NCBI GenBank assembly: GCA_034530875.2
Contig: JAVRCJ020000004.1
Span: forward strand, 224,001 to 288,000
DNA from: Nostoc sp. DedSLP01
Lineage (GTDB): Bacteria; Cyanobacteriota; Cyanobacteriia; Cyanobacteriales; Nostocaceae
Length of the DNA: 64,000 nucleotides
Reading direction: 5' to 3'
Shown: positions 42,119 through 53,442 of the stretch, in pieces
Numbering within the stretch: position 1 is the first letter of the stretch
Layout: the number at the start of each line of letters is the position of its first letter
Translations under genes and position numbers: made by a program
The notes under the pieces: model-generated
Told to the model about the DNA's origin: nothing
Database searches by the model: none
Seen by the model: only the letters and a program-made list of their open reading frames with translations

Positions 42119-42326
42119 CAATACGCTTCGGTTAAAGGCTTTATCTGTTCAGATAGGCAGAGGAGGCTGTGCGCCCTTGGTGGTTCCCACGCCACTTGCT
42201 ACCCTGCGGGAACGCTTGCAGCGAACAAGCCGGGAAACCCCTCCAACGCAGTGGCTCCCCGTTGTAGCAACTGCCGTGGAGCAGAGGAGACAGGGGGGAG
42301 AAATAAAGCTTAACTCAACGGTATTG
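42119..42326. mobile_element. Nezha-like MITE carrying nested small repeats
   Basis: TIRs CAATACGCTTCGGTTAA / TTAACTCAACGGTATTG; flanks GATAGTAGCA and GATAGTAGTC (8/10 direct repeat). Confidence 0.75.
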
Positions 42327-42848
42327 GATAGTAGTCTATAAAAGTAAAAATCGTTCTAGGAATCTAGTTTTTGGATCGATGGCTAGCGATCGCAAGTCTA
42401 TTACTCAAAATTTACAATTAGAGCTCTAACTTTTAGCAGAAGCCAGTTGAAATTACTAATGGTAGGTTGTTCATACGTAATTGATTTAAGTGAGTTGTAA
42501 TTATTTTTGCAAAAATAAAGTTGAGTAGTATATTTTAATACTTGAAGAATAAGAATTTTTAGCGAAGTAAATTACAATCGAAATTTCATAAATTAAGATG
42601 AAATAAATTGGTAATTGAGGAAAAATTAAAGATTCTCTCTAGTCACTTGAGTAGGAACTTTCTTTGTAAGGTTGCCAGTGAAAGTGTTTCAGGATTTATC
42701 CTCTAGTTTCAATATCTGAATCGACCAATTCCCCCATCATTCAGTTGCAAATGGAGTTCAATGATTCAGTTTCCCTAGCCTGGTAAAAGTAGAGATTGGG
42801 GTAACTAATGATTCAGGTTGCAAGATTTAAAAAGGAGAACTTATATAA

Positions 42849-43121
42849 ATGGAGAGAAAAATAGTGAATAAGGATGATTTTCTCTATCCTCGCGGCCGCT
42901 ACTACGGTCAAGTAAAGCCAGAAAACTTAGTTTTTAATGCTAATCTACAGGAATTTGCCCAAAAGGTAAGTTATATTTGCAACTTAGAAACAGGTGGAAA
43001 ACTCCCTCCGGGTGAAGCTTACGACCAAATAAAGGACTTATGGAAACAGTTAAAGCGCTCAAAAAAAGAACTCAGAATTGGGGAAGATCCATTTCAGGGT
43101 AACGAGGAGATTGAAGATTGA
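42849..43121 (+). CDS. Conserved cyanobacterial hypothetical protein
   Basis: FLYPR..Y.G...PENLVFNANLQEFAQKV.YIC.LETGGK; AGGAG RBS. Confidence 0.85.
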   Translation: MERKIVNKDDFLYPRGRYYGQVKPENLVFNANLQEFAQKVSYICNLETGGKLPPGEAYDQIKDLWKQLKRSKKELRIGEDPFQGNEEIED

Positions 43122-43169
43122 AGCAAAGATGCACTAAATAACTAACGACCGATGACTAATGACTAATGG

Positions 43170-45788
43170 CTACTTAGCCAGCATTGTCCAAGTACCATCC
43201 CAAGATTCTGGAGGTGGTGTTTGTAAGTACTTACAACTACGTTCTAGATGCATATTTACAGCTTGGTCTTGAGGTTCGATCCGTTTAGCAGTTTCAAAAC
43301 AAGCGATCGCCTGCGAGAAATTACGCGATAAATAAGCTGAACGTCCAGTATGATAATGAAATAAAAACTCTTGGGTGTTAGCATCCAAAGGAATACTGCG
43401 ATCGCCAATTAGCTCGTAGATATTCACTGCCTGGTGTTTACCTTTGACTCGAATTTTATCTAACTGGCGCACCCAAATGCGATCGCTGCAAAGCTGGTAA
43501 GTAAATTCACTTAAAAGAATATCACAACCATATTCCTTAGTAACTCCTTCCAGGCGCGAACTTAAATTTACGCCGTCTCCAATAACGGTGTAATCCATAC
43601 GCTTGCGAGAACCAATATTACCTGAAACTACTTCCCCAGAACTAATACCAATACCAATACGTATTTCTGGCTGTGCTTCGATAATTCGCCGCTGGTTAAA
43701 TTCCTCTAAGCGTTGTCGCATATCCAACGCTGATTGTATGGCCCTCCAAGCATGATTTTCTGTAAGTGGTAGGGGCGCACCGAATACTGCCATTAAAGCA
43801 TCACCGATAAATTTATCGAGTGTGCCTTCATAGTTAAAAACTGCCTCTACCATTGTTTCAAAATACTGATTCAGCAGCGACACCACTTCCGCCGCGCCGA
43901 GATTTTCTGTAAGTGTTGTGTAGCCGCGGATATCAGAAAATAAGATGGTGACTTCTTTACGTTCGCTGACCATTAAACCATCTTCCCCCAAAGCCATAAC
44001 TTGTTCGACTACATGGGGCGTCAGGTAGCGCGACATGGTAGTTTTCATGCGTTTTTCCTGACTGATGTCTTCCAAAACCACTAAACCACCACGGACGCCA
44101 CCTTCTGGGTTAGTCAGGGGATTAACAGTAAGATTGATACTGCGTTCTAATATTTGCACGCGATCGGATGTGAGAAACTGAGATTTGGGAGTTAAGGGGT
44201 GATTCCAAGGAATAAAAACATCGGGATCGTGGCGATCGCGCACTGCTAAACTTAAGTACTGAGTTTTGGATGCCGAACCCTGAGTAAAAATCAAGACTGG
44301 ACACGGGATAAACGCCCCGCTATCGCTAACAGCATTCACAACTTGATACAAGCCCACAATCAAACTTTGTTCTGGCACATAATGTTTAGCTCCAGTTGTT
44401 AAACTATCCTCCAGCCGCATTTGCAGATTTTCAATCGGCACAACTTCCCAAACTCGGCGTCCAATCAAATTTTGTTCCCACAAAAGCTTGTTGCTTTTGG
44501 TATTCGCATCTCCTATGGGACAACCCAATAACTCCAAGGCAGCATCATTAATTGTGACTATTTTTCCTGCCATATCTGTAGAAATTACTGCATCAGAGAG
44601 ACTTTGTAAAATGTCTTTTTGATACTGTTTTTCTAGTAGCACATTTTCAAACAGCCGAGCATTTTCCAAAGCAATTCCTGCCTGGATATTAAAAGCCCGC
44701 ATAAACTCTTCATCAGAAGCAGTAAAGCTGCTTTGTTGCTTATTAATTAATTGCGTTACTCCAATTAATTCATTTGCAGAATTAAAAACTGGCAAACACA
44801 AAATATTGCGAGTTACATATCCAGTTCTTCGATCTGTAGTTGGGTCAAAGCGGGGGTCTTTGTAAGCATCAGGAATATTTAGAGCTTTACCAGTAGAAGC
44901 AACATAGCCAGCAATACCACGATTAGCCGGAATCCTAATTTCGATTAAATCTGTCCCATCTGCTGCCGCGACTTTCGTCCAGAGTTCGCTCATCTCTTTA
45001 CGATATAAAAACAGCGTGCTGCGGTCTGCTTGCATTAGAATTCGAGCTTGTTCCATGACTATTTGCAAGGTCGCTTCTAAGTCCAGACTTTGCCCTAGAG
45101 TTTGAGTTGCCCGCAGCAAAGCCGTTGCTCCTCTTTGATTGCGGGCAGCTACATAAAAAGATTGACAGCTTTCGAGAATAATTCCAATAGAAGCAGCAAA
45201 ATTGCGAAAACGTTCTTCATCTTCAAAATTAAATGGAATATCGCCAGTTTTATTAGCTAGTTGTACTACAGCCACAGTTTGGTTTTTGCTACTAATGACT
45301 GGCATACATAAAATATTACGAATCTTATAGCCCATTTGTTTTTCCAATTCAGGGCTAAATAGGGGATGAGTAGAAGTTTCAGATATATTTAAATATTGAC
45401 CAGTACTAGCAACATGACCGGGAATACCCACTGTAATTGGAGTACGAATTTCTAAAAACTTTTGAGTATTATCTTGGGGAACTTTTGACCAAAGTTGACC
45501 TTTGTCATGGTCAACTAAAAAAATAGCTGTATGTTCTGCTTGGAGGATTTGACCAATTTTGAGCGTAATTGCTTCTAGAACTTTTTCCAACATAGTTTCT
45601 AGAGCTTCATTATTAATTAGTTCAATGGCTCTGAGAAATTGTTGAAATTCAGCTGTTATAAAGTCGAGTAAGCAAACAAATTCATTAACAGATAAATCTT
45701 TAACGCGACGTAATAAGGCGTGAGTACGATTAACTTGAGTGAGTTCAGTTAATGTAGCCAAGACGCTGCCAGAGTTAGGGAGTGTCAT
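43170..45788 (-). CDS. cyaB1: Class III adenylate cyclase (GAF-GAF-PAS-CHD-TPR), CyaB1-like
   Basis: Two GAF domains with NK..F...DE, PAS, FSDIRGYT, DKFIGDA, YTVIGDGVNLSSRLE. Confidence 0.9.
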   Translation of the reverse strand: MTLPNSGSVLATLTELTQVNRTHALLRRVKDLSVNEFVCLLDFITAEFQQFLRAIELINNEALETMLEKVLEAITLKIGQILQAEHTAIFLVDHDKGQLWSKVPQDNTQKFLEIRTPITVGIPGHVASTGQYLNISETSTHPLFSPELEKQMGYKIRNILCMPVISSKNQTVAVVQLANKTGDIPFNFEDEERFRNFAASIGIILESCQSFYVAARNQRGATALLRATQTLGQSLDLEATLQIVMEQARILMQADRSTLFLYRKEMSELWTKVAAADGTDLIEIRIPANRGIAGYVASTGKALNIPDAYKDPRFDPTTDRRTGYVTRNILCLPVFNSANELIGVTQLINKQQSSFTASDEEFMRAFNIQAGIALENARLFENVLLEKQYQKDILQSLSDAVISTDMAGKIVTINDAALELLGCPIGDANTKSNKLLWEQNLIGRRVWEVVPIENLQMRLEDSLTTGAKHYVPEQSLIVGLYQVVNAVSDSGAFIPCPVLIFTQGSASKTQYLSLAVRDRHDPDVFIPWNHPLTPKSQFLTSDRVQILERSINLTVNPLTNPEGGVRGGLVVLEDISQEKRMKTTMSRYLTPHVVEQVMALGEDGLMVSERKEVTILFSDIRGYTTLTENLGAAEVVSLLNQYFETMVEAVFNYEGTLDKFIGDALMAVFGAPLPLTENHAWRAIQSALDMRQRLEEFNQRRIIEAQPEIRIGIGISSGEVVSGNIGSRKRMDYTVIGDGVNLSSRLEGVTKEYGCDILLSEFTYQLCSDRIWVRQLDKIRVKGKHQAVNIYELIGDRSIPLDANTQEFLFHYHTGRSAYLSRNFSQAIACFETAKRIEPQDQAVNMHLERSCKYLQTPPPESWDGTWTMLAK

Positions 45789-45852
45789 GGGAATTTTGGT
45801 TACCAGAGATTGGGGACTGGGGACTGGGGGCTGGGGATTAGGGAATAGGTAT

Positions 45853-45943
45853 TAGACTTGTTGCAGAAGTCGGGAAAAGGGGGAAAGGTTTGCTATTTTC
45901 CCTTTTCCCACCTTTTACAAAAGTGCTTTTTGCAAAAGGTCTA
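45853..45943. mobile_element. Short TA-bounded MITE
   Basis: TAGACTTGTTGCAGAAG ... CTTTTTGCAAAAGGTCTA imperfect TIRs, internal GGGAAAAGGG/CCCTTTTCCC IR. Confidence 0.6.
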
Positions 45944-46011
45944 TTTGAGATTAGGGAGTAGGAACTGAATTCTACCTTATACCCAATTCCGAGTCCCCAG
46001 TCCCCAGTCCC

Positions 46012-47133
46012 CTATTGTTGAGAAAATACGACTTTTTGATAGTAATCTTGTAGCTGGGAAGTAGCAGCTGCCCAACCCCATCTTTCTGCTTCTTTACGAG
46101 CGTTTTGACGGATGATGTCTCGTTGTTGTTTCTGTTCTAAGAGGCGGACAGTAGCGGACAAGGCGTCTTGAATATCTGCTTTTGGGTCAAAAAGATATCC
46201 ATTTACCCCATCTGTCACAATATCGGGAATTCCTCCAGAACGCGCTGCTACCACGGGACAGCCGGCTGCCATTGCTTCTAGCAATACCAAGCCCAGTGTT
46301 TCTGTTCGGGAGGGAAAAATAAAGGCGTCAGCACTAGCAAAGGCAGAACCTAACGCTTGCCCCATGAGATACCCAACGAAATTAGTGTTTGTGCCAGCAA
46401 AGTGTTTTTCTAGTGCTTGGCGGTGGGGGCCATCGCCAACTAATGCTAATCTGGCTTCGGGAATTGCTTCTAAAATTGGTTTGATGCGCTCAATTTCTTT
46501 TTCAGCGGAAAGACGTCCAACGTAAAGTAGTAGAGGGCTTTCTGGATGATTTTGCGATAGACGCGATCGCATCTCTACACTAGCTAAATCGGGATGAAAT
46601 AATTCTGTATCCACCCCACGCTGCCATAAATCTACTCGTTCAATACCGTGTGCTGACAGTTCCTCCATCATCGCTGTAGAGGTACACAGATTCAAAGCTG
46701 CTTGATTGTGACCGGCTTTAAGCAGTTCCCAAAGCAGCCCTTCTAACATCCCCAAGCCATAATGCTGGAGATACTGGGGCAGATGGGTATGATAAGACGC
46801 TACCAGGGGTATTTTGAGCATTTTGCTGTAAAATATGCCAGCTAAACCCAAAACTGCTGGATTCACGACATGAATAATATCTGGCTGAAACTCTTCTAAG
46901 GCGTCACCAATGGCTGGGCGAGGAAGCGCCATTTTTAGTTCTGGATACAATGGCAGAGGAAAGCCAGTAACGCCGTAAACTTTAGCGCCTTTGTGTTCTG
47001 TAATGCCTCCATCAGGGGCAACCACCAGCACTTGATTGCCATTACGTTGTAGATGGTCAACGGTGTGGCGCAGGCGCGTTACAATGCCGTCAACCTTGGG
47101 CAAAAAGGTTTCGGTGAATAGAGCAATTCTCAT
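46012..47133 (-). CDS. sqdX: Sulfoquinovosyldiacylglycerol synthase (GT4)
   Basis: MRIALFTETFLPKVDGIVTRL, SYHTHLP, ETLGLVLLEAMA; near sqdB. Confidence 0.92.
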   Translation of the reverse strand: MRIALFTETFLPKVDGIVTRLRHTVDHLQRNGNQVLVVAPDGGITEHKGAKVYGVTGFPLPLYPELKMALPRPAIGDALEEFQPDIIHVVNPAVLGLAGIFYSKMLKIPLVASYHTHLPQYLQHYGLGMLEGLLWELLKAGHNQAALNLCTSTAMMEELSAHGIERVDLWQRGVDTELFHPDLASVEMRSRLSQNHPESPLLLYVGRLSAEKEIERIKPILEAIPEARLALVGDGPHRQALEKHFAGTNTNFVGYLMGQALGSAFASADAFIFPSRTETLGLVLLEAMAAGCPVVAARSGGIPDIVTDGVNGYLFDPKADIQDALSATVRLLEQKQQRDIIRQNARKEAERWGWAAATSQLQDYYQKVVFSQQ

Positions 47134-47139
47134 ATAAAA

Positions 47140-47784
47140 CTATTCAGTCCAGGCAGATAATCCCAGCTTTTCTTGCGTTTTGGTATCAAAGACAGAGTAA
47201 ACTGTCTCCCGTGGTGTAATCAATTCTTCACAGCCAGATTTAATGTTTTGCCGCTGCTTTTGTACAAAGTCTGAGATATCCTCAATGTCCACAATCCAAT
47301 CTTTGGCGTAAGCAACTAGCACTTGAGAGCGTAACCCTAACTGAATAGCGCGTCGCTCTAATTTCGCTCCTGATGGATGATGGTCTGGATCCCATTGCGA
47401 GCGCACTTGTGAGTCCTTTAGCGCTGTTTCCCACGTACTTCTGTGGGGATAAAGTTCTGGAATAAAGCTAGAATGAACAGCCACCCTTAAAATTTCATCA
47501 AAAGCCAAACGCTTAATCCAAATAGCTAGCACTACCTCTTGTCCAGTTTTTGTACCCCATCCAGAACGATACATCATCCAGAGGAAGTTAGGTTTAATCC
47601 AACTCATACGCTCAAAATTGAATTCACCACCAAAATAACCATAAATGGCGGCGAACTCACCAATCACTGGGCGATATGCTTGATAAACAACAATTGACTG
47701 GTCGTCATATTGCGCTAAAATATGGCGACCAGTTTTCGGCCAGCGACTCACTTGAGTTAAATAGGGTTCTGTTATCAGCTGCAC
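47140..47784 (-). CDS. DUF4291-like protein
   Basis: AQYDD.SIVVYQAY, RMSWIKPNFLWMMYRSGWG.K, QWDPDH, RRAIQLGL; GTG start. Confidence 0.8.
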   Translation of the reverse strand: MQLITEPYLTQVSRWPKTGRHILAQYDDQSIVVYQAYRPVIGEFAAIYGYFGGEFNFERMSWIKPNFLWMMYRSGWGTKTGQEVVLAIWIKRLAFDEILRVAVHSSFIPELYPHRSTWETALKDSQVRSQWDPDHHPSGAKLERRAIQLGLRSQVLVAYAKDWIVDIEDISDFVQKQRQNIKSGCEELITPRETVYSVFDTKTQEKLGLSAWTE

Positions 47785-47795
47785 CGGAGTTTAAG

Positions 47796-48962
<1,167 letters not shown>

Positions 48963-49203
48963 TTACTCGCTGATAGCTAAATCTATCAGGTTTCTGTCCC
49001 CTGTTAATCATCATTCTGAAAGAGATGTCGATTTTCGGCATGGGACATTGGGCATTGGGAAAGGGTAAGGGGGAAGGGGTAAGGGGGAAAGGGGAAACGG
49101 GAAAGATTAAATTTATTCCTTTTACCTTTAACCTTTTCCCCTGCTCCCTGCTCCCTGCTCCCTGCCCCCTGCCCCATCTCCCCATACCCTGCTTGCCCAT
49201 AAT

Positions 49204-49734
49204 TCAAGACTTGGGAATCCGATACTGCTGGGCAATGTAATAAAACAAACGGTAGTATTTTGAAAATTCTTGGCTGTTGCTTCGTCCTTGGAAGTAGTAT
49301 TTAACTTGATTTTGAGTTAGTGTCAGCGTCATTGAAGTTGTCTGGCGATCGCTTTCTACAACTAGCACGCCAGATATTCCTTGAGCAGTCTCAAAGTTGG
49401 GTTGTATCTTTTTCACTGGCTCTCGCTCTTGGTCAAGCGAATTTAATAGCTGTTGGCTTGCCCAGCCCCGAATTTCTGCTGACTTGTTTTGATCTGAAAT
49501 AAAGGTAATGCCATCATTATTTTCTGGCGCTCTCAAGGAACTCCAATTACTGGGATATGGAAACTCAAAACTATAGCGAGAATTGCTATAAGTTCTCCAA
49601 GCGATCGCTTCGGCGTTAAAATCAGTCGCACTACAACCCCACACGATTGTCAACAGGGCTATGACCCTGCTAAAGCTGGTGGCAAACGGATAAATTTTTT
49701 GCCCCAAACTACAAGTTTTACGAGCAGTAACCAT
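49204..49734 (-). CDS. Hypothetical exported/lipoprotein, PsbP-like N-terminal motif
   Basis: Hydrophobic segment ending VWGC; W.TY.N.RY.FEFPYP..W. Confidence 0.6.
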   Translation of the reverse strand: MVTARKTCSLGQKIYPFATSFSRVIALLTIVWGCSATDFNAEAIAWRTYSNSRYSFEFPYPSNWSSLRAPENNDGITFISDQNKSAEIRGWASQQLLNSLDQEREPVKKIQPNFETAQGISGVLVVESDRQTTSMTLTLTQNQVKYYFQGRSNSQEFSKYYRLFYYIAQQYRIPKS

Positions 49735-49946
49735 TTACATTACGTATTTCGCCAAAGTCACTGATTTTATACAAATACCAGAAACTCAAATCGATACCTT
49801 CGCTAATTTACAGGTTATTGTTCCCAAATTAAGAAACTGCACCATAAAAGCTCTCATCAGAAATTCAATACTCTTTCAGAATATTTACTATTCTCTTTTT
49901 AGTTCTCAGTAGAGAAGCTTATAGAAGGTGCTTTATCACACAAATT

Positions 49947-50726
49947 ATGTACAGCGCATCTCCGCTATCTGAGCCAACTTTGGAGCTTGTTCACATCCAA
50001 ACCAACACATCTTTGCAATTTCCAGCAAATCTTTCTGTAATTTGTATCGGTAAGCCAAACGACCAACAACCACCAGATATTGATGTTTCTGGTTTACCAG
50101 ATTCGGATGTGGCATCTCGTATCCATGCCAAAATTTGGCGAAATAGAGATGAATACCATATCACCGATGTGGGCAGTTCTAATGGTACGTATGTTAACGG
50201 CGCAAAACTTCAACCTCAAGTTTTTTGTCCGCTGCATCCAGGAGACAAAGTTTCCCTTGGGCAGGGAGATAAAATAACCTTCATGTTTAGGGTGCGGCAG
50301 CACTCTGTATCTACCACACAAAACTCTGCCCCAACAAAAATTACAGCACCAACTATCAGTAACGCAGAGGACGAGCGAATAATCCTTGTTAGCAAGCTTA
50401 TTGGATTAGGGCTAATCCTCGCAGGCATTACATTTTTAAGTACAAGTATTTATGTCAGCGTCTACTTACGCAGCACACCTGGGATTTTCCTTTGTATTGG
50501 AGGCGTAGTAGCTCTCAATTGGGGCGGGCGCGATAATCGGAAACTGGGATGGGTGCTAATTGGCATAGGAATCGCTCTATTTATCGCTAGCGGTGTTGTC
50601 ATCGGCTCAGTGTCACTCTTTTCAATGCTAGTGTCATTCGCCGCAATTTCTTGTGGATATCAGTTGTTCGCAACTGGCAAGGTATTCAACTTTAATCCAC
50701 TGACACTCCAATTAATTAAAAAATAA
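49947..50726 (+). CDS. FHA-domain membrane protein
   Basis: IGKPN...PPDID, SRIHA, D.GSSNGTYVNG; four C-terminal hydrophobic segments. Confidence 0.85.
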   Translation: MYSASPLSEPTLELVHIQTNTSLQFPANLSVICIGKPNDQQPPDIDVSGLPDSDVASRIHAKIWRNRDEYHITDVGSSNGTYVNGAKLQPQVFCPLHPGDKVSLGQGDKITFMFRVRQHSVSTTQNSAPTKITAPTISNAEDERIILVSKLIGLGLILAGITFLSTSIYVSVYLRSTPGIFLCIGGVVALNWGGRDNRKLGWVLIGIGIALFIASGVVIGSVSLFSMLVSFAAISCGYQLFATGKVFNFNPLTLQLIKK

Positions 50727-50814
50727 GCAAGTCACAGAATCTTTGCTCGATCGCTAATTCCCATTATCGAAAAAATCTCGGTATGGCTAGCGTTCGGCAG
50801 TATTCGAGCGGCAA

Positions 50815-50832
50815 AATGTAAATAAATGTAAC
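50815..50832 (-). promoter_or_regulatory. HLR1 (RpaB-binding) motif
   Basis: Minus strand GTTACATT-TA-TTTACATT matches (G/T)TTACA(T/A)(T/A)-N2-(G/T)TTACA(T/A)(T/A). Confidence 0.6.
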
Positions 50833-50860
50833 GATATAGCCGTCAAAACGTTTTGCTGTC

Positions 50861-50889
50861 TTGACAAAGAATAGAAGAACCGATAACTT
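50861..50889 (+). promoter_or_regulatory. Sigma70-type promoter of the ycf46 operon
   Basis: TTGACA-N17-TAACTT. Confidence 0.6.
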
Positions 50890-50925
50890 GATATACATAC
50901 CCGGGTAAGACCGTTAAAGAGTTAT

Positions 50926-51279
50926 ATGCAAACGCAAACTAAGCAAAAGGTCACTTTGTATTTATCGCCAGAGTTGCACAGGAAACTGAAGATTCGTTCA
51001 GCAATCGATTGCCAAGCAATGTCAGAGATCGCAGAACGCGCCCTCATTTTTTATCTGTCTAATTCTGAATTAGTTGATGAAGTCGAAGCTTCATCTTATG
51101 GGCGGACTCATAGAGTTTATTCCTGCCCAACTTGTAATAGCTCACTAGTCTTACGCGATGGGGAACTAGTTACCTTGGGCAATCAACCAGGAGTAATCGG
51201 TCAAGAACATCTTTCTATTGATGAAATTAATGAAGATGAAACCCATCCTAAGGGTGAGGAAGAGTTGGTTCCTTGCTAG
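50926..51279 (+). CDS. Conserved hypothetical protein (RHH-like N-terminus, CxxC knuckle); first gene of the ycf46 operon
   Basis: KVTLYLSPELHRKLKIRSA...MSEIAERAL, CPTC. Confidence 0.8.
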   Translation: MQTQTKQKVTLYLSPELHRKLKIRSAIDCQAMSEIAERALIFYLSNSELVDEVEASSYGRTHRVYSCPTCNSSLVLRDGELVTLGNQPGVIGQEHLSIDEINEDETHPKGEEELVPC

Positions 51280-51371
51280 ATAGGAATGATGAATGAACAA
51301 TTCATCATTCGGTTGCCTTTACTAAAAGCAATGTCTCTACTGTCTCTATTAGGTCTCAAGTAGGTCGATGT

Positions 51372-52883
51372 ATGAAAGAAGAGCTCAATATTTTAATTCA
51401 AGCTCAATACCCTTTAATCTACCTTGTGACCTCCGAGGAAGAACGGGCTGAGCAAGCAATTTCCACTACTGCCCAGATGTTGAAGCCTCAGCGCCGAGTA
51501 TTTGTTTGGACAGTAACGCACGGCATTGTTGAGTACGGTCAACCCCGGAATGTCACCCAGCATAATACCGTATCTCCAGAGGCGGCGATTGAGTGGATTA
51601 TCCGGCAAAAAGAACCTAGTATATTTATTCTTAAAGATCTACATCCATTTATTGATGCGCCTGCAACCACAAGATCGTTACGCGATGCGATCGCCAGCTT
51701 CAAAGGTACCCAAAAGAACATCATTTTGATGTCCCCAATGCAGCAAGTACCAATAGAACTGGAAAAAGAAGTTGTAGTTCTCGACTTTCGCTTGCCAGAT
51801 ATGGCTGAGTTGAATAAAGTATTAACTTATCACTTAGATCAACATCGTGGGCGGCGGTTAACAACCGAGGCTAGAGAAAAACTTCTTAGAGCAGCTTTGG
51901 GTTTAACCAAAGATGAAGCAGAAAAAGTCTATCGAAAGGCGCAGGTAACTACAGGGCGCTTGACAGAAGATGAAGTAGATATCGTTTTATCTGAGAAAAA
52001 GCAACTGATTCGGCGCAATGGTATCTTAGAGTACATTGAAGAAGATGAAACCATTGATGCTGTAGGTGGGTTAGAGGAGCTAAAAAAATGGCTCAAGCAG
52101 CGTTCTAACGCTTTCACAGAAAGAGCGAGAGAATATGGTTTGCCTCAACCAAAAGGGATGTTAATTTTGGGGGTTCCTGGTTGTGGTAAGTCATTAATAG
52201 CTAAAACTACTTCTCGCCTGTGGGGTTTACCACTGTTGCGGTTGGATATGGGGCGAGTCTATGACGGCTCAATGGTGGGAAGAAGTGAAGCAAACTTGCG
52301 TAACGCCCTAAAAACAGCAGAATCTATATCCCCAGCAATTTTGTTTATCGATGAATTAGATAAATCCTTTGCTGGTAGTGCAGGCTCCTCCGATTCTGAT
52401 GGGGGGACTTCAAGTAGAATTTTTGGTTCTTTCCTCACATGGATGCAAGATAAAAAATCTCCAGTGTTTGTGATGGCAACCGCTAACAGAGTAGAACGGT
52501 TACCTGGAGAATTTTTGAGGAAAGGACGCTTTGATGAAATCTTCTTTGTGGATTTGCCAACTCCAGAAGAACGTCAAGATATATATAAGATTCACCTCAC
52601 CAAGCGTCGGGAAGACATCTCTCGATTTGACCTCGAGCAATTAGCTAAGATGTCCGATGGCTTTTCTGGGGCAGAAATTGAACAAGCGATCGTTGCGGCG
52701 ATGTATGAAGCTTTCGCCCAAGATCGGGAGTTCACACAACTAGATATTATTGCTGCGCTGAAGGCAACATTGCCGCTGTCTCGAACGATGCAAGAACAAG
52801 TAACGGCTCTGAGAGATTGGGCCAGACAGCGAGCGCGTCCCGCAGCATCCTCCGTTGCTGAATATCAGCGAATGGAGTTTTAA
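51372..52883 (+). CDS. ycf46: Ycf46-family AAA ATPase
   Basis: TSEEER, ILKDLH, GVPGCGKS, FIDELDK, ATAN, RKGRFDEIFFVDLP. Confidence 0.92.
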   Translation: MKEELNILIQAQYPLIYLVTSEEERAEQAISTTAQMLKPQRRVFVWTVTHGIVEYGQPRNVTQHNTVSPEAAIEWIIRQKEPSIFILKDLHPFIDAPATTRSLRDAIASFKGTQKNIILMSPMQQVPIELEKEVVVLDFRLPDMAELNKVLTYHLDQHRGRRLTTEAREKLLRAALGLTKDEAEKVYRKAQVTTGRLTEDEVDIVLSEKKQLIRRNGILEYIEEDETIDAVGGLEELKKWLKQRSNAFTERAREYGLPQPKGMLILGVPGCGKSLIAKTTSRLWGLPLLRLDMGRVYDGSMVGRSEANLRNALKTAESISPAILFIDELDKSFAGSAGSSDSDGGTSSRIFGSFLTWMQDKKSPVFVMATANRVERLPGEFLRKGRFDEIFFVDLPTPEERQDIYKIHLTKRREDISRFDLEQLAKMSDGFSGAEIEQAIVAAMYEAFAQDREFTQLDIIAALKATLPLSRTMQEQVTALRDWARQRARPAASSVAEYQRMEF

Positions 52884-53023
52884 AAGCTTTCCTCTGCCAT
52901 CCCAGGGGGAAAGGCTAGCTTTAAGGCTAGCAGTTATGAAAAAAGCCGCCTCCTGCTAAGTGCGGCTTCGTCCAAAACAAACCGTTGTCGTATTTCTCAA
53001 TCTTCTCATTGGAGGAAACCCAA

Positions 53024-53374
53024 ATGTCTCACTTTAGCACCCTGCGTACCAAGATCACCGATGCCGAAATCCTCAAAGCTTCCTTGCGCGACCTCGGTAT
53101 CAGCGTAAAAACTGAAGCTGATGTACGTGGTTATAACGGTCAGCGCGTTCGTTCCGATATCGTTGCCGTATTGGAAGGCGAATATGACCTCGGCTGGTCT
53201 CGCAACAGCGATGGTTCTTTTGACCTAATTGCTGACCTGTGGGGCGTTGCTAAGAAGCACAACCAAACCGAGTTGATCAACTCCATTAACCAAAAATATG
53301 CTGTTAACAAGACCTTGGCTGAAGTAAAACAGCGCGGTCTACAAAACGCCAATGTGAAGTTGGTATTACAATAA
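53024..53374 (+). CDS. ycf35: Ycf35 / DUF1257 protein
   Basis: MSHFSTLRTKI start after GGAGG; VRGYNGQ, YDLGW, LIADLW. Confidence 0.88.
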   Translation: MSHFSTLRTKITDAEILKASLRDLGISVKTEADVRGYNGQRVRSDIVAVLEGEYDLGWSRNSDGSFDLIADLWGVAKKHNQTELINSINQKYAVNKTLAEVKQRGLQNANVKLVLQ

Positions 53375-53403
53375 CCATTTCTCTGCGCGTTCCCAAAGCT
53401 GCA

Positions 53404-53442
53404 CGGGTTAACCAGGCATTAGCGGTTAGCCCGCTTTTTTTT
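53404..53442 (+). terminator. Rho-independent terminator of the ycf46 operon
   Basis: CGGGTTAACC ... GGTTAGCCCG followed by T8. Confidence 0.8.

Noticed and set aside
50926..53374. RHH-AAA-DUF1257 operon as a novel system
   Set aside because: Matches the widely conserved ycf46 operon (Synechocystis slr0373-slr0374-slr0376 type); only its regulatory elements are reported
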